A DNA stretch of 64,000 nucleotides from Candidatus Latescibacterota bacterium (GTDB lineage: Bacteria > Latescibacterota > UBA2968 > GCA-2709665). Made by a program: the position numbers and the translations under genes. Below, in pieces: positions 19,782 through 29,805 of the stretch. Where the stretch lies: contig OZ242180.1 of the NCBI GenBank assembly GCA_965205485.1, positions 3,904,001 through 3,968,000 of the forward strand, given 5' to 3'. A model generated the notes under the pieces. The model did not search any database. It was not told the DNA's origin and worked only from the letters and a program-made list of their open reading frames with translations. The number at the start of each line of letters is the position of its first letter. Position 1 is the first letter of the stretch.

Positions 19782-20531
19782 GTGACCATGCATCGCTTAC
19801 TCGGCGCCGCATTGCCGGCGCTCTGGCTGGCGGTTTGCGCCGGATGTAGCGCGGATTCAACGGATGGACGGAAGGTGTCGGCGGATGAGGAGGCGCGGTT
19901 TCTCATTATGCGCAAGAGGATGGTAAAAATACAGATCGAGCGTCGCGGGATCAGTGAACCGCGAGTTCTGAATGCATTGCTCGGGGTGCCGCGACACCTG
20001 TTCGTGCCCGAACACCTCGTGGATCGCGCGTATGACGACGGCGCGCTGCCCATTGGCGAGGACCAGACGATATCCCAGCCGTATATTGTGGCGAAGATGA
20101 CTGAATTGCTGGACCTTAAGGGCGACGAGACTGTACTTGAGGTGGGAACCGGGTCGGGTTACCAGGCGGCCGTTCTGGCAAAGCTCGTGCGTGAGGTATA
20201 TACCATTGAAATCGTCCCGGCGCTTGCCCGGACGGCAAAGGAGCGACTCAGGCGCATGGGATACGACAACATCAGCGTCCGCCTTGGTGACGGGTACCGC
20301 GGGTGGGACGAACATGCGCCTTTCGACGCGGTGATCGTGACAGCGGCGCCCGACCATATTCCGCCCATGCTCGTCGAACAGCTCCGGGAAGGCGGGCGCA
20401 TGGTGATACCCGTCGGCACCGTCAATCAATATCTGACCTTACTCGTCAAGGAGCAGGATGGCGTGAGGGAAGAACGGGTCATACCCGTCCGGTTTGTTCC
20501 GATGACGGGAGAGGCACAGGCAAAGGAGTAA
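19782..20531 (+). CDS. pcm: protein-L-isoaspartate O-methyltransferase
   Basis: VPRHLFVP, AYDD.ALPIG..QTISQPYIVA, VLEVGTGSGYQAA, APFDAVIVTAA, VRFVPM; signal-like N-terminus. Confidence 0.95.
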   Translation: MTMHRLLGAALPALWLAVCAGCSADSTDGRKVSADEEARFLIMRKRMVKIQIERRGISEPRVLNALLGVPRHLFVPEHLVDRAYDDGALPIGEDQTISQPYIVAKMTELLDLKGDETVLEVGTGSGYQAAVLAKLVREVYTIEIVPALARTAKERLRRMGYDNISVRLGDGYRGWDEHAPFDAVIVTAAPDHIPPMLVEQLREGGRMVIPVGTVNQYLTLLVKEQDGVREERVIPVRFVPMTGEAQAKE

Positions 20532-20543
20532 GGAGGGCTCTAC

Positions 20544-20720
20544 TTGATCACAATCTGGGGTATCGGTATTTCTCTGGTGTTCCTGCTGTGTTATCTTGGC
20601 CAGTCGGTTTCTTCCGGCATGGAAGGGCGGCGTGCGAAACTGCTCCAATGGGCGTGCTGGCTTGCGGCAAGCACCACCATGCTCTTCTGCTATCTGCTTA
20701 CCCGTTCAATTTCGCAATGA
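20544..20720 (+). CDS. 58-aa small two-TM membrane protein (not in ORF track)
   Basis: AGGAGG RBS then TTG; MITIWGIGISLVFLLCYLGQSVSSGMEGRRAKLLQWACWLAASTTMLFCYLLTRSISQ; ATGA overlap with the next gene. Confidence 0.6.
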   Translation: MITIWGIGISLVFLLCYLGQSVSSGMEGRRAKLLQWACWLAASTTMLFCYLLTRSISQ

Positions 20721-21232
20721 AATATCGGGAAATCAAACGGCACCTGGACAAACCGGATGCCGTTTTTGATTGTGAGTCCATTCTGCGCGCCCGCGATTAC
20801 GTGGTACTCAAATACGTGAACGCGCGACCCGGACGGGTGGGGGATCTGGAGATTCCCGCGGGGTCCGTAACGTACGGATACTACAGGCACGGGGCGGGTT
20901 ATGTGCTGTGGAAGATGTGCGATCCGGAAGCCAGGTTGCTGGGACATCTCTTCCACATTTGCAGGAATCTGAAGGTTGGCGATCACCACGTGGACTATGT
21001 CGACCTCATGCTGGACCTCTGGTTCGATCCGGCCGGTCGGCTTACGGTTCTCGATCGTGATGAACTGGAGACCTTCAGGCAGCGGGACGGTCTGAGCGGG
21101 CAGGATATGGAATGGATTTCAAAGCAGGAATGTACAATTTCCGGCAACTTCGCCCGGATTCTGGAGGACTTCGACGCCATTCTCGCCCCGGCGCAGGCCG
21201 GCTCAACCTCCGCGCGAATTCCTTTCGCCTGA
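20717..21232 (+). CDS. DUF402 domain protein
   Basis: YVDLMLDLWF..G.L.VLDRDEL motif; start MKYREIK. Confidence 0.7.
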   Translation: MKYREIKRHLDKPDAVFDCESILRARDYVVLKYVNARPGRVGDLEIPAGSVTYGYYRHGAGYVLWKMCDPEARLLGHLFHICRNLKVGDHHVDYVDLMLDLWFDPAGRLTVLDRDELETFRQRDGLSGQDMEWISKQECTISGNFARILEDFDAILAPAQAGSTSARIPFA

Positions 21233-22099
21233 AGACAGACCCTGGCAGGTTCTTTTCAGGTATTCGCGGAAAGATTCGCCGATATCGGGGTGGGTCAGGG
21301 CAAACGAAACGGTTGTCTGAAGATACGAGAGCAGGTCGCCAACCGTGTGCCAGTCCCCTTCGACCGCACACGCGTAAACGGAGCGGGATTGAACCATCAG
21401 TTGAATGGCATCGGTGAGTTGGTACTCCCCGCTGTCGGCCGGCGGGATCCGATTCAGAAAATCGAAAATGTCGGGCTCGAAGATATACCGGCCGAGGCAA
21501 GCGAGATTCGAGGGCGCCCGTGCCGGTTCCGGCTTTTCCACGAGTTCCTTGACAAGGCGTGCTCCATCGATTGATTCGGCCCGGACCACGCCATAGCTGC
21601 CGACGCGTTCCCTTGCCACTTCCTTTACCGCCAGAATTGGCGCGCCGAGTCTGGAATACGCGTCCGTCAGCTGCCCGATGCACGGAGTTTCCGATACCAC
21701 CAGGTCGTCTCCGAATAACACGGCGAACGGCTCGTCGCCCACGTGTCTTCGGGCCTTGAGGACGGCATGGCCGGTTCCCAGAAGTTCTCTCTGTCGAAGA
21801 TAGTGGATGTCGGCAAGTTGCTCGATGCGTTCAAGGGTTGCCAGCATCGAGCGGTCGTCCCGCTTCGCCAGGGCGTCCCGGATCTCGACACTGCGGTCGA
21901 AGTGATCTTCGATCGCCCGTTTTCCCCTGCCCGTGATGATCAGAATGTCTTCGATGCCGGCTTCGACCAACTCTTCGATGATGTACTGTATGGCCGGTTT
22001 GTCGACCACAGGCATCATCTCTTTGGGCAGGGCTTTGGTGGCCGGCAACATCCGGCTGCCGTGGCCGGCAGCCGCAATAACCGCTTTGCGGATATTCAA
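21203..22099 (-). CDS. galU: UTP-glucose-1-phosphate uridylyltransferase
   Basis: KAVIAAAGHGSRMLPATKA.PKEM.P..DKP, EDHFD, LGTGHAV, VEKP, GEYQLTDA; TTG start after GGAGG. Confidence 0.95.
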   Translation of the reverse strand: MNIRKAVIAAAGHGSRMLPATKALPKEMMPVVDKPAIQYIIEELVEAGIEDILIITGRGKRAIEDHFDRSVEIRDALAKRDDRSMLATLERIEQLADIHYLRQRELLGTGHAVLKARRHVGDEPFAVLFGDDLVVSETPCIGQLTDAYSRLGAPILAVKEVARERVGSYGVVRAESIDGARLVKELVEKPEPARAPSNLACLGRYIFEPDIFDFLNRIPPADSGEYQLTDAIQLMVQSRSVYACAVEGDWHTVGDLLSYLQTTVSFALTHPDIGESFREYLKRTCQGLSSGERNSRGG

Positions 22100-22229
22100 A
22101 GACAACCTCCGATGTGGTGCGGCAAATAAGTAAGTGCTTAACATATATCGGTTTAAAAAAGGAATGTTGTTGTATTCTTGTCAAGTGGATTCTGCCTTAC
22201 CCGCCACCTGAACCTGGCCTGCAAAGCGC

Positions 22230-22258
22230 TTGACATCGGGCGCGCATTGGGTTATTTT
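22230..22258 (+). promoter_or_regulatory. putative sigma70 promoter of purN
   Basis: TTGACA-17 nt-TATTTT. Confidence 0.55.
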
Positions 22259-22369
22259 GGTTTGGCCGAGTCACTTGTCTCCCCGTCCCCCCGGCATGTG
22301 ACTTCCCGCTTTTCTATATCTTCCCCGCCGGATTATCTGTTGCAGAGTCAGCCATCGGAATGAATTCCC

Positions 22370-23032
22370 GTGTCGCAATGTGGAGCAGCGATCCCGACCG
22401 GAAGGAATGCCGTCTATTGCCTGGGCGTACTCGCCTCGGGGGGAGGGACCAATCTGCAGGCGATACTCAACCGGGCCGCTGCGGGACGGCTCCCGGCGCG
22501 CGTGGGCGTTGTAATCGGCAATAATAGCAGATCCGGCGCGCTTGCCCGGGCCAGGCGGGCTGGCATTCCCGCGATTCACCTCAGCGGGAGGACGCACCCG
22601 AAACCCGGGTCCCTCGACCGTGCGATCGCTGAAACGCTCTGGACGCACGGCGTCGATCTGGTGGTTCTTGCAGGTTATATGAAGAAACTGGGCCCGGCGA
22701 CGCTCGAAATGTACAGAAACCGTATCGTCAATATACACCCCGCGCTTCTTCCGGCATTCGGCGGCAAGGGTATGTACGGAGAGCGCGTCCACGAAGCTGT
22801 CGTAAGAAGCGGCGCGCAGGTCTCCGGAGCGACCGTCCATCTTGTGGACGAGGAATACGACACCGGTCCGATTGTCCTGCAGCAGAAAATACACGTCACG
22901 CCCGATGATACGTCGGAATCCCTGGCAGGCAAAGTACTGGCCGTCGAGCACGAGTTGTATGCCGAAGCGATTCGTCTGTTCGCGGAGGGAAGAATCAGGG
23001 TCGATGGCCGGACGGTTCGAATACTGAATTAG
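22370..23032 (+). CDS. purN: phosphoribosylglycinamide formyltransferase
   Basis: LASGGGTNLQA, LAGYM, NIHPALLP.FGG.G, SGATVHLV..YD.GPI; start uncertain. Confidence 0.95.
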   Translation: MSQCGAAIPTGRNAVYCLGVLASGGGTNLQAILNRAAAGRLPARVGVVIGNNSRSGALARARRAGIPAIHLSGRTHPKPGSLDRAIAETLWTHGVDLVVLAGYMKKLGPATLEMYRNRIVNIHPALLPAFGGKGMYGERVHEAVVRSGAQVSGATVHLVDEEYDTGPIVLQQKIHVTPDDTSESLAGKVLAVEHELYAEAIRLFAEGRIRVDGRTVRILN

Positions 23033-23048
23033 AGGAGGAAATACGTCC

Positions 23049-23195
23049 ATGGCGACGGACCGAATCTCGGCATTTGACCGCGTCGCGTCCAACGGTTTAT
23101 CCGGAAAAGGCGCTATTGTGACGGAGATGTCCCTCTTCTGGTTCGAGAAGACCCTGGACAGGTATCGCGACGTTCGAGGTCGATTGCTCGGCTAA
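23049..23195 (+). pseudogene. purC: 48-aa SAICAR synthetase (PurC) remnant, apparently internally deleted
   Basis: MATDRISAFDRVASNGLSGKGAIVTEMSLFWFEKT matches the PurC ATDRISAFD..KG..S.FWF motif; RBS GAGGAGG; not in ORF track. Confidence 0.75.
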
Positions 23196-23216
23196 TCCGT
23201 TAGGAAACGAACCGAT

Positions 23217-24236
23217 ATGGCACTTTTTCTATCCAGACTGCTGTCCAACGACATAGGTATCGATCTCGGCACGGCCAATACCCTGGTTTATGTCAAGGGT
23301 CAGAATATCGTGGTCGACGAGCCATCGGTGGTGGCGCTGGATCGCAATTCCCACAAACCACTTGCCATTGGCTCCCACGCCAAGCAGATGATGGGGCGAC
23401 AGAACCCGGATATTGACGTCATACGTCCTCTGCGGAACGGGGTCATTGCCGATTTCGACGTGACGGAAGAGATGCTTAGGCATTTCATTCGAAAGGTTCA
23501 GAAGAACAGGCTCCTCGTACGCCCGCGGATCGTGATCTGCGTGCCTTCGGGGGTGACTGCCGTGGAAATGCGGGCGGTCAGGGAATCCGCGGAGCGCGCG
23601 GGCGCCCGCGAGGTATATATCATTACGGAGCCGATGGCCGCAGCAATAGGTATCGGGCTGCCCGTCGAAGAGGCGATGGGGTCGATGGTTATCGACATCG
23701 GAGGCGGGACCACCGAGATCGCGGTGATTGCCCTTTCGGGTATCGTGACCTCACGGTCAATCAAAACAGCGGGCGACGGGATGAACCAGGCCATCATCAC
23801 GATGCTGAGACGAAAACACAACCTTCTGGTCGGAGAACGGAGCGCGGAGCAGATCAAATGTGAGATCGGTTCCGCCGGGAAGCTGGACAGTGAATTCCAG
23901 CATCCGTGCCGGGGCCTGGATACGGTCTCCTTCATCCCAAAGACAATCATCGTCGACTCGGTGGAGATTCGGGAGGCGCTGAACGGTACGGTGAGTTCCA
24001 TTCTGGAAGCGGTGCGGCAGACCCTGGAGCAGACGCCGCCCGAACTGGCCGCCGACATTCTGGACAGGGGCATCATCATGACGGGCGGTGGGGCGCTGCT
24101 GCGGGGACTGGACCGCAGGCTGATGGAAGAAACGGGCCTGCCCGTAATCGTGGCGGACGACCCGCTCACGTGTGTTGTTCGCGGTACGGGACGTGTTCTT
24201 GAGAATATCGACCAGTATCAGAAGATGCTTTTGTAG
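23217..24236 (+). CDS. mreB: rod shape-determining protein MreB
   Basis: IGIDLGTANT, EPSVVA, GVIADF, EPMAAAIG, IDIGGGTTE, GGGALL. Confidence 0.97.
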   Translation: MALFLSRLLSNDIGIDLGTANTLVYVKGQNIVVDEPSVVALDRNSHKPLAIGSHAKQMMGRQNPDIDVIRPLRNGVIADFDVTEEMLRHFIRKVQKNRLLVRPRIVICVPSGVTAVEMRAVRESAERAGAREVYIITEPMAAAIGIGLPVEEAMGSMVIDIGGGTTEIAVIALSGIVTSRSIKTAGDGMNQAIITMLRRKHNLLVGERSAEQIKCEIGSAGKLDSEFQHPCRGLDTVSFIPKTIIVDSVEIREALNGTVSSILEAVRQTLEQTPPELAADILDRGIIMTGGGALLRGLDRRLMEETGLPVIVADDPLTCVVRGTGRVLENIDQYQKMLL

Positions 24237-24258
24237 TCGATAATGGTTTGGATGACCG

Positions 24259-25068
24259 ATGCAGTGGCTGTTTGTCTTTTTGCGCGGGCACCATGCCTAT
24301 GTCGTATTGGGCGTGGCTGTCCTTGTGTCGTTCAGTCTCATGGCCCTTGGCCGGTCTGATGGCGTGGCGTTGGCGAGGGGCATCGCGACCGGGCTGATGA
24401 AGGCCGGGCACGGGTTGTTCACCTGGCCGATGGAACTCTCCCGGCTTCGCAATGAGAATCAAGTTCTGCGGGATCAGAATCTGCGCATCTCGCTCGAATT
24501 GCTTGAACTCCGGGAAGCCCGGATGGAGAATCTCCGGCTTCGCGCATTACTCGACTTTCGAACAAAGGCGGTAGGCACCTATCTGGTGGCAAGGGTGGTC
24601 GCCCGGGACCCGAACCGCGTTCTGAACACGGTACTCCTGGATATGGGTGCGGCGGACGGGGTGGGGAAACGCATGCCGGTGGTTACTGCGGACGGGCTCG
24701 TCGGACGGGTGCTCGAGGTTCACCCGCGCACCGCAGTGGTTCAGTTGTTGCTGGATCGAAATTGCAGGGTGAGCGCGATCGTGCAGCGCGATGAACGGAC
24801 CTCGGGTATCGTGACGTGCGAAAACGGCAACTTTTTTCTCAAGCACGTGTCTGTGCGCAGCGAGGTCTCCGAGGGCGACAGGATCATCTCCTCGGGTCTG
24901 GGGGGCGTGTTTCCCAAGGGGCTTCTGATTGGTCTGGTCTCACGCGTGGGTGAACGCGATCAGGCGCTATTCAGGGAAGTCCAGCTGACTCCCAGCGTCA
25001 ATTTCTTCAATCTGGAGGAAGTCTTCGTCCTGAAATCCGTGGATGCGGAGGATGCGAGACCGGGTTGA
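24259..25068 (+). CDS. mreC: rod shape-determining protein MreC
   Basis: N-terminal TM, coiled coil (ENLRLRALL), GLVGRV, SGLGGVFPKG; follows mreB. Confidence 0.93.
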   Translation: MQWLFVFLRGHHAYVVLGVAVLVSFSLMALGRSDGVALARGIATGLMKAGHGLFTWPMELSRLRNENQVLRDQNLRISLELLELREARMENLRLRALLDFRTKAVGTYLVARVVARDPNRVLNTVLLDMGAADGVGKRMPVVTADGLVGRVLEVHPRTAVVQLLLDRNCRVSAIVQRDERTSGIVTCENGNFFLKHVSVRSEVSEGDRIISSGLGGVFPKGLLIGLVSRVGERDQALFREVQLTPSVNFFNLEEVFVLKSVDAEDARPG

Positions 25069-25109
25069 GCGAGCGCACCAGCCGCGGCGCTACCGTGCGC
25101 CGCGCCGCT

Positions 25110-26591
25110 TTACCCTTGCTCGGAACGGACCGCTTTCTTAATTTCCCTGAGGCGTTTGGCTTCAGGGGTTTTTTTATAGTGTGCATCCAGTGGAAAACAG
25201 CCCGATATCATCCCGTTCCTGGGCGCGGTCGTGCAGTCACTGAACGTCCGGCAGATTGCCCGGGTGTTCAATTCTCCTTTCCTGAGGACGTCCAGAGGAA
25301 GCTGTGGGTAGGAAAGGACCATCCTGCCCAGGCCGATAAAGTCAACCTGTTTGTCACGTACAAGCGCTTGAGCGACGTGCGGCAGGAATTCCTGAAGGTA
25401 AGAATAGCCCGTACCCACCACAATCAGGTCGGGATGCCGCGCCTTGATCCGCCGAACCACGTCGACCTGGCGCGCGACGCCAACGAGGGGATCTTCAGGA
25501 GGCTGATATCCGTCTGAAGGCGGATAATACGCGGGACGCTGAATGTGGGGGTTGTAATACGGGCTTCCGGCCGAAAGATTGACCAGCCTGATATCCAGAC
25601 GTTCTAACAAGTCGAGAAACTGATAGGGTTCGTTGAGGTCCGGGACCACGGGATTTTCAGGATTGGCGCCAAAACCGAAGGCATAGGGCAGACAGTGGTC
25701 GAAGTCTTCCGGTACGCCGGCGCCCTTCTTGTGACCGTCAGACCGTTTCGGATCCGGCCGGAAGGGAACGAAATCGAACGCGCTCAGTCGCACACCGATG
25801 CGGAGACCCGGAGCAACGGCCCGGATACCATGTACGACCTCACGGAGAAACCGGGTCCGGTTTTCAAGCGTGCCTCCATAGGGACCGACGCGCGTGACGG
25901 CGCTCAGGAATTCGTGCCCCAGATACCCGTGGCAATGTTTGATATCCACGAACTGGTAGCCCAGATCAGCCGCCATTCGCGCGGCTTTCACGTAGTCGTC
26001 TATAACGGATCGTATCTCCGCATCTGACATCACGGGGTGTTTCGGGTCCACGCCGAATCTGGCGTCCAGGATGGGATGCCTGTACAGGATTCTGGGTTCC
26101 ATCCCGCTCTTGAGCGTGGGCCGGCAGAACCGCCCCGAGTGCGTGAGTTGCAGACCGACCAGCAGGTCGTCCGTGCCGCCAACGTACTCTCGATGGGTTG
26201 CTCGAAGGAGTTCCAGCAGTTCGGCCAGGCCGCGTCGGGTATGTTCCGCCGCGTACAGCTGGTTGGGGTTTGCACGGGCTTCGGGTCGAACGGCAATTGC
26301 CTCCCCTCCCCAGATCAGTTTTGCCCCGCTGAGTCCGAAATGACGCCACCGGCGACGGGTGTAATCCGAAGGATTTCCATCGGAAAGCCCGTCCCATCCC
26401 TCCATCGGATGGATCGCAAACCGATTGCCGATGGATGCCGGGCCGAAAGGGAGGGGTTGTGCGAGTGGTGAATCGGGCGCCGTGAGGATGTCCCGGTCGC
26501 ATGGCAACGCCAGACAGAGGGCCTCGAGGCGTTTCTGAAAAGCCTCGATAGTCTTCAGGTGTCCAATGCGGACGATGTCTCCACCTGGCAT
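25110..26591 (-). CDS. NADH:flavin oxidoreductase (old yellow enzyme family)
   Basis: [46 protein letters not shown]; start inferred. Confidence 0.88.
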   Translation of the reverse strand: MPGGDIVRIGHLKTIEAFQKRLEALCLALPCDRDILTAPDSPLAQPLPFGPASIGNRFAIHPMEGWDGLSDGNPSDYTRRRWRHFGLSGAKLIWGGEAIAVRPEARANPNQLYAAEHTRRGLAELLELLRATHREYVGGTDDLLVGLQLTHSGRFCRPTLKSGMEPRILYRHPILDARFGVDPKHPVMSDAEIRSVIDDYVKAARMAADLGYQFVDIKHCHGYLGHEFLSAVTRVGPYGGTLENRTRFLREVVHGIRAVAPGLRIGVRLSAFDFVPFRPDPKRSDGHKKGAGVPEDFDHCLPYAFGFGANPENPVVPDLNEPYQFLDLLERLDIRLVNLSAGSPYYNPHIQRPAYYPPSDGYQPPEDPLVGVARQVDVVRRIKARHPDLIVVGTGYSYLQEFLPHVAQALVRDKQVDFIGLGRMVLSYPQLPLDVLRKGELNTRAICRTFSDCTTAPRNGMISGCFPLDAHYKKTPEAKRLREIKKAVRSEQG

Positions 26592-26858
26592 GAGATTGTC
26601 CCTGTTGCGGTGTCGCGTGGACGGGCTTCGTCGGCAACCGGCACGCCCGCGTTTCATCGGCCTCGATTCCGGTACCATTCTGAAATAAAGGCTGCAGAAT
26701 TCGGTGCGGGCGCCGGTTCGCGACGTTTGTGGTACCGTCCGGCAGGTCCGCCGGAGACCGTGCGGCCAGGTCCCCTGTTGCCGCCCGAGCGCGGGTGTTT
26801 CGAAATATAGTGAATCGCCAATGACGGCGCAAATCACCTGTTGGATCCGGAGGCGGGC

Positions 26859-28793
26859 ATGACGTTGGCGTACGGAACCAGAGTCTGGCGATCCCGCCGT
26901 GACTTCATGGCATGCACAGGAAGGAGAATCTCCATACCGGAAAACACCGTCCGTCTCAGGCGGGGGGTCACGGTCGCAGACGAGATGGGCAATTGCAGTA
27001 AGAACGATCGGGAAGAGGTCTTCCGGCTGCGGCAGGCCCGTAAGGCGTTTCTTGTTCCGTCAATGGGGGCTTCCGGTGCGCTGCTATGTCCGTACCTCCT
27101 TTGTGACCGGGCAGACGGTGAGATGGAGGTCCTGGTAAACGGTCATTCGCTGAGGGTCGACTGGTCGGGTGACCGCGACTACTGGCAGGACCGGTGGCGG
27201 CCGCTGGAGATTCCGGCCGAATGGCTCAGGCAGGGTCGAAACGAGGTGATTTTCAGGGCCCTGGGCGACGCGGTCTGGACACTTCTGGTCGAGGAGAGCG
27301 TTCAGCCGGGGCGAAGCGCCGTAAGCGAAGACGGCGGTCAGACCTGGCGTACCGAGTCCATAGGCGTCAACGACCGCGCCCGTGGAGAATACATGGTCCG
27401 GCTCTGGCTGGACCAATTTGCTGAATCGGGCGAAATCTGTTCCAATGCCGTCGACTTGCTCGGCCTGGTTTCGGAGGGCGGTATTGCCGCCGGGGGTCGC
27501 GTGGACGCCATCCGGTTGTCGGCCGACGTCCGGACGCCCGAGGGTTGTACCGCGCGACTGCAGTGGCGTGGCGGTCCGTGTCCGGCTTACTGCCCGAAGA
27601 CCTGGACGGCGTGGGCGTCGGTATCCGAGTCGATGGTTCCGGGCGGCGCCGTCCGGTTTCTGCAGTGGCGCATCGTCCTGCGGACCGATCAGCCGTCGCA
27701 GACGCCTGAGGTAGCGGCAGTATCGCTTGCGGTCACGGCACGGGCGGCCAAGCCGACGGCCCGCATCGTCGGTTCCCAAAACCCTGCGCTGGTTCGCAGT
27801 TCCTACCGGTTTTCGCATCTGCCGTCGGATTCAAAACGGGGACGGATTTTGAGGGACCGCTGGAAACTCGACGATGTCATCCGTCCCGCGAAATCCGAGT
27901 TCGAGGCCTTCCTGCATCTCCGGCAATGGGTGAGGGAGCAGTGGGAGGACGGCTGGAACATGGGTGACATCGACTTCTGCCCTCCCTGGGACGCCATGGT
28001 CATCCTGAGTCTCGCAAGCCGTAAGCTGAGCCTCGGAATGTGTACGCACTATGCGACCGTGATGTCACATTGCACCGCTGCGCTGGGATTTACAGCGCGA
28101 ACCCAGATCATGCGTTCACACTGCATCAACGAAGTCTGGTCGAACGAGCACGGCAAATGGGTGGCCATGGACGTCGGCGGAGATTCCAACGACGAGACGA
28201 AATTCACGTACCATTTCGAACGCCGGGGCGTGCCGCTCTCGGCGCTGGATGCGCACCGCGCATGGGTGAAACAGGATTTCGCAGACGTAAGAATCGTCCC
28301 GGAGCCGCCGCCATCGATCGCGGGGAGGTTTCAGGTGTCCGGGCGCTTGAAGTTGTTCGAACGGTTCATGATCTCCCTCCGGAACGACGAACTGGAAACC
28401 ATGGGGCCGGGAGAGCCCGAACATGGAAAGATCTCCTACCATTTTAACAGATATCTGTTCTGGCAGGACGCGGACACCGCCCCGTTTCCCTGGTTCTCCG
28501 AACATACGGAGCGTCCCGGAGACCTCTACTGGACTCCGAATCGGGCCGAGATTCACCTTCAACAGGCGGACGAACCGGATACGCTTCGCGTGTCGCTGGA
28601 TACGGAAACCGCGAATTTGAGAGGATTCGAGGTGAGTATCGACAGCGGGACCTGGGAGGAAAGAGGGGAGTCCGGCTTCGAGTGGCGCTTGAACGGGCAG
28701 GTGAACACGCTGTCTGTGAGGCCCGTGAATGCATTCGGACGCCGCGGAGCGGAAAGTTCCGTCGTTGTCCGGGCGGTCGGCGCATCGGGTTGA
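26859..28793 (+). CDS. transglutaminase-like domain protein
   Basis: putative Cys-His-Asp triad GMCTHYA / [14 protein letters not shown]; Asp-box SEDGGQTW; start uncertain. Confidence 0.65.
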   Translation: MTLAYGTRVWRSRRDFMACTGRRISIPENTVRLRRGVTVADEMGNCSKNDREEVFRLRQARKAFLVPSMGASGALLCPYLLCDRADGEMEVLVNGHSLRVDWSGDRDYWQDRWRPLEIPAEWLRQGRNEVIFRALGDAVWTLLVEESVQPGRSAVSEDGGQTWRTESIGVNDRARGEYMVRLWLDQFAESGEICSNAVDLLGLVSEGGIAAGGRVDAIRLSADVRTPEGCTARLQWRGGPCPAYCPKTWTAWASVSESMVPGGAVRFLQWRIVLRTDQPSQTPEVAAVSLAVTARAAKPTARIVGSQNPALVRSSYRFSHLPSDSKRGRILRDRWKLDDVIRPAKSEFEAFLHLRQWVREQWEDGWNMGDIDFCPPWDAMVILSLASRKLSLGMCTHYATVMSHCTAALGFTARTQIMRSHCINEVWSNEHGKWVAMDVGGDSNDETKFTYHFERRGVPLSALDAHRAWVKQDFADVRIVPEPPPSIAGRFQVSGRLKLFERFMISLRNDELETMGPGEPEHGKISYHFNRYLFWQDADTAPFPWFSEHTERPGDLYWTPNRAEIHLQQADEPDTLRVSLDTETANLRGFEVSIDSGTWEERGESGFEWRLNGQVNTLSVRPVNAFGRRGAESSVVVRAVGASG

Positions 28794-28818
28794 CCGTTTG
28801 CGAACAGATGGAGGTCGC

Positions 28819-29748
28819 ATGGACAGGGCAGCAATTGAAAATTTCGGTACGTCGATGGTGCGCCCCGGCGATTTCGACGCGTTCTGGGACGACGTGGTCG
28901 ATACAGCGGAACGAATTCCCCTGAATAGCTCCGTGGTACACAGCCGGCTGCGGTCCACGCCCGATGTGGAGGTCTATGACGTCCATTTCGACAGCATCGA
29001 CGGCGTCAGGATCGCGGGCTGGTACTGCCTGCCCGCGAAACGCGAGAGTTCGCTGCCCGCAATCCTCCATGTTCCAGGGTATATCGGGGAACCCCGGTTA
29101 CCGAAACAGGAGGCCCTTGAGGGATACGCGGTTTTCAGCGTCGCCCCGCGGGGAAAACTCAGGAGCAACGGACAGTTCAATCCCGGATATCCAGGGCTGT
29201 TGACGCACAACATCGTGGATCGGAATACCTATTCCTATCGCGGATTTTACGTCGATGCCCTTCGCGGGTTCGACTTTCTGGCCGGCAGGGAGGAGGTGGA
29301 TCCGAAGCGGATCGGCGTGACCGGAAGCAGCCAGGGCGGAGGGTTGACGCTTGTGGTTGCCGCGCTGAGGGAACCGAGGGCCGGGGCCGCGGGTGCGCCC
29401 TATCTGTGCGGATTCATGGACGCGATCCAGCTAACGCATACCTATCCCTATCAGGAAATACGCGACTATCTGAGGCTGTATCCCGAGAGGGAGCCCGTTG
29501 TGAGAGAGACGCTCGGGTATTTCGACGGGATTCACTTCGGTCCTCGGATTTCGTGTCCGATTATCGTCAACGTGGGACTTCAGGACAATATCTGTCCGCC
29601 GGAAACCGGGTACGCGTCCTTCCGTGCGATTGGGTCGAGCAACAAGCGAATGTATGCGTACGACGGCCACGGGCACGATGCAGGCGTCGTCGAGCACGGC
29701 GCCGTGATTCGCGCATTTTTCGAGAGACATCTGAAGAATCACCCCTGA
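28819..29748 (+). CDS. acetylxylan esterase / cephalosporin-C deacetylase family (CE7)
   Basis: RPGDFDAFW, GSSQGG nucleophile, GLQDNICPP, GHGH. Confidence 0.9.
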   Translation: MDRAAIENFGTSMVRPGDFDAFWDDVVDTAERIPLNSSVVHSRLRSTPDVEVYDVHFDSIDGVRIAGWYCLPAKRESSLPAILHVPGYIGEPRLPKQEALEGYAVFSVAPRGKLRSNGQFNPGYPGLLTHNIVDRNTYSYRGFYVDALRGFDFLAGREEVDPKRIGVTGSSQGGGLTLVVAALREPRAGAAGAPYLCGFMDAIQLTHTYPYQEIRDYLRLYPEREPVVRETLGYFDGIHFGPRISCPIIVNVGLQDNICPPETGYASFRAIGSSNKRMYAYDGHGHDAGVVEHGAVIRAFFERHLKNHP

Positions 29749-29805
29749 CGGAGAATGCCGGAGGCGGGCCTGCAACCGCCCTCCGGGATCAAGGAGAACG
29801 CGTCG

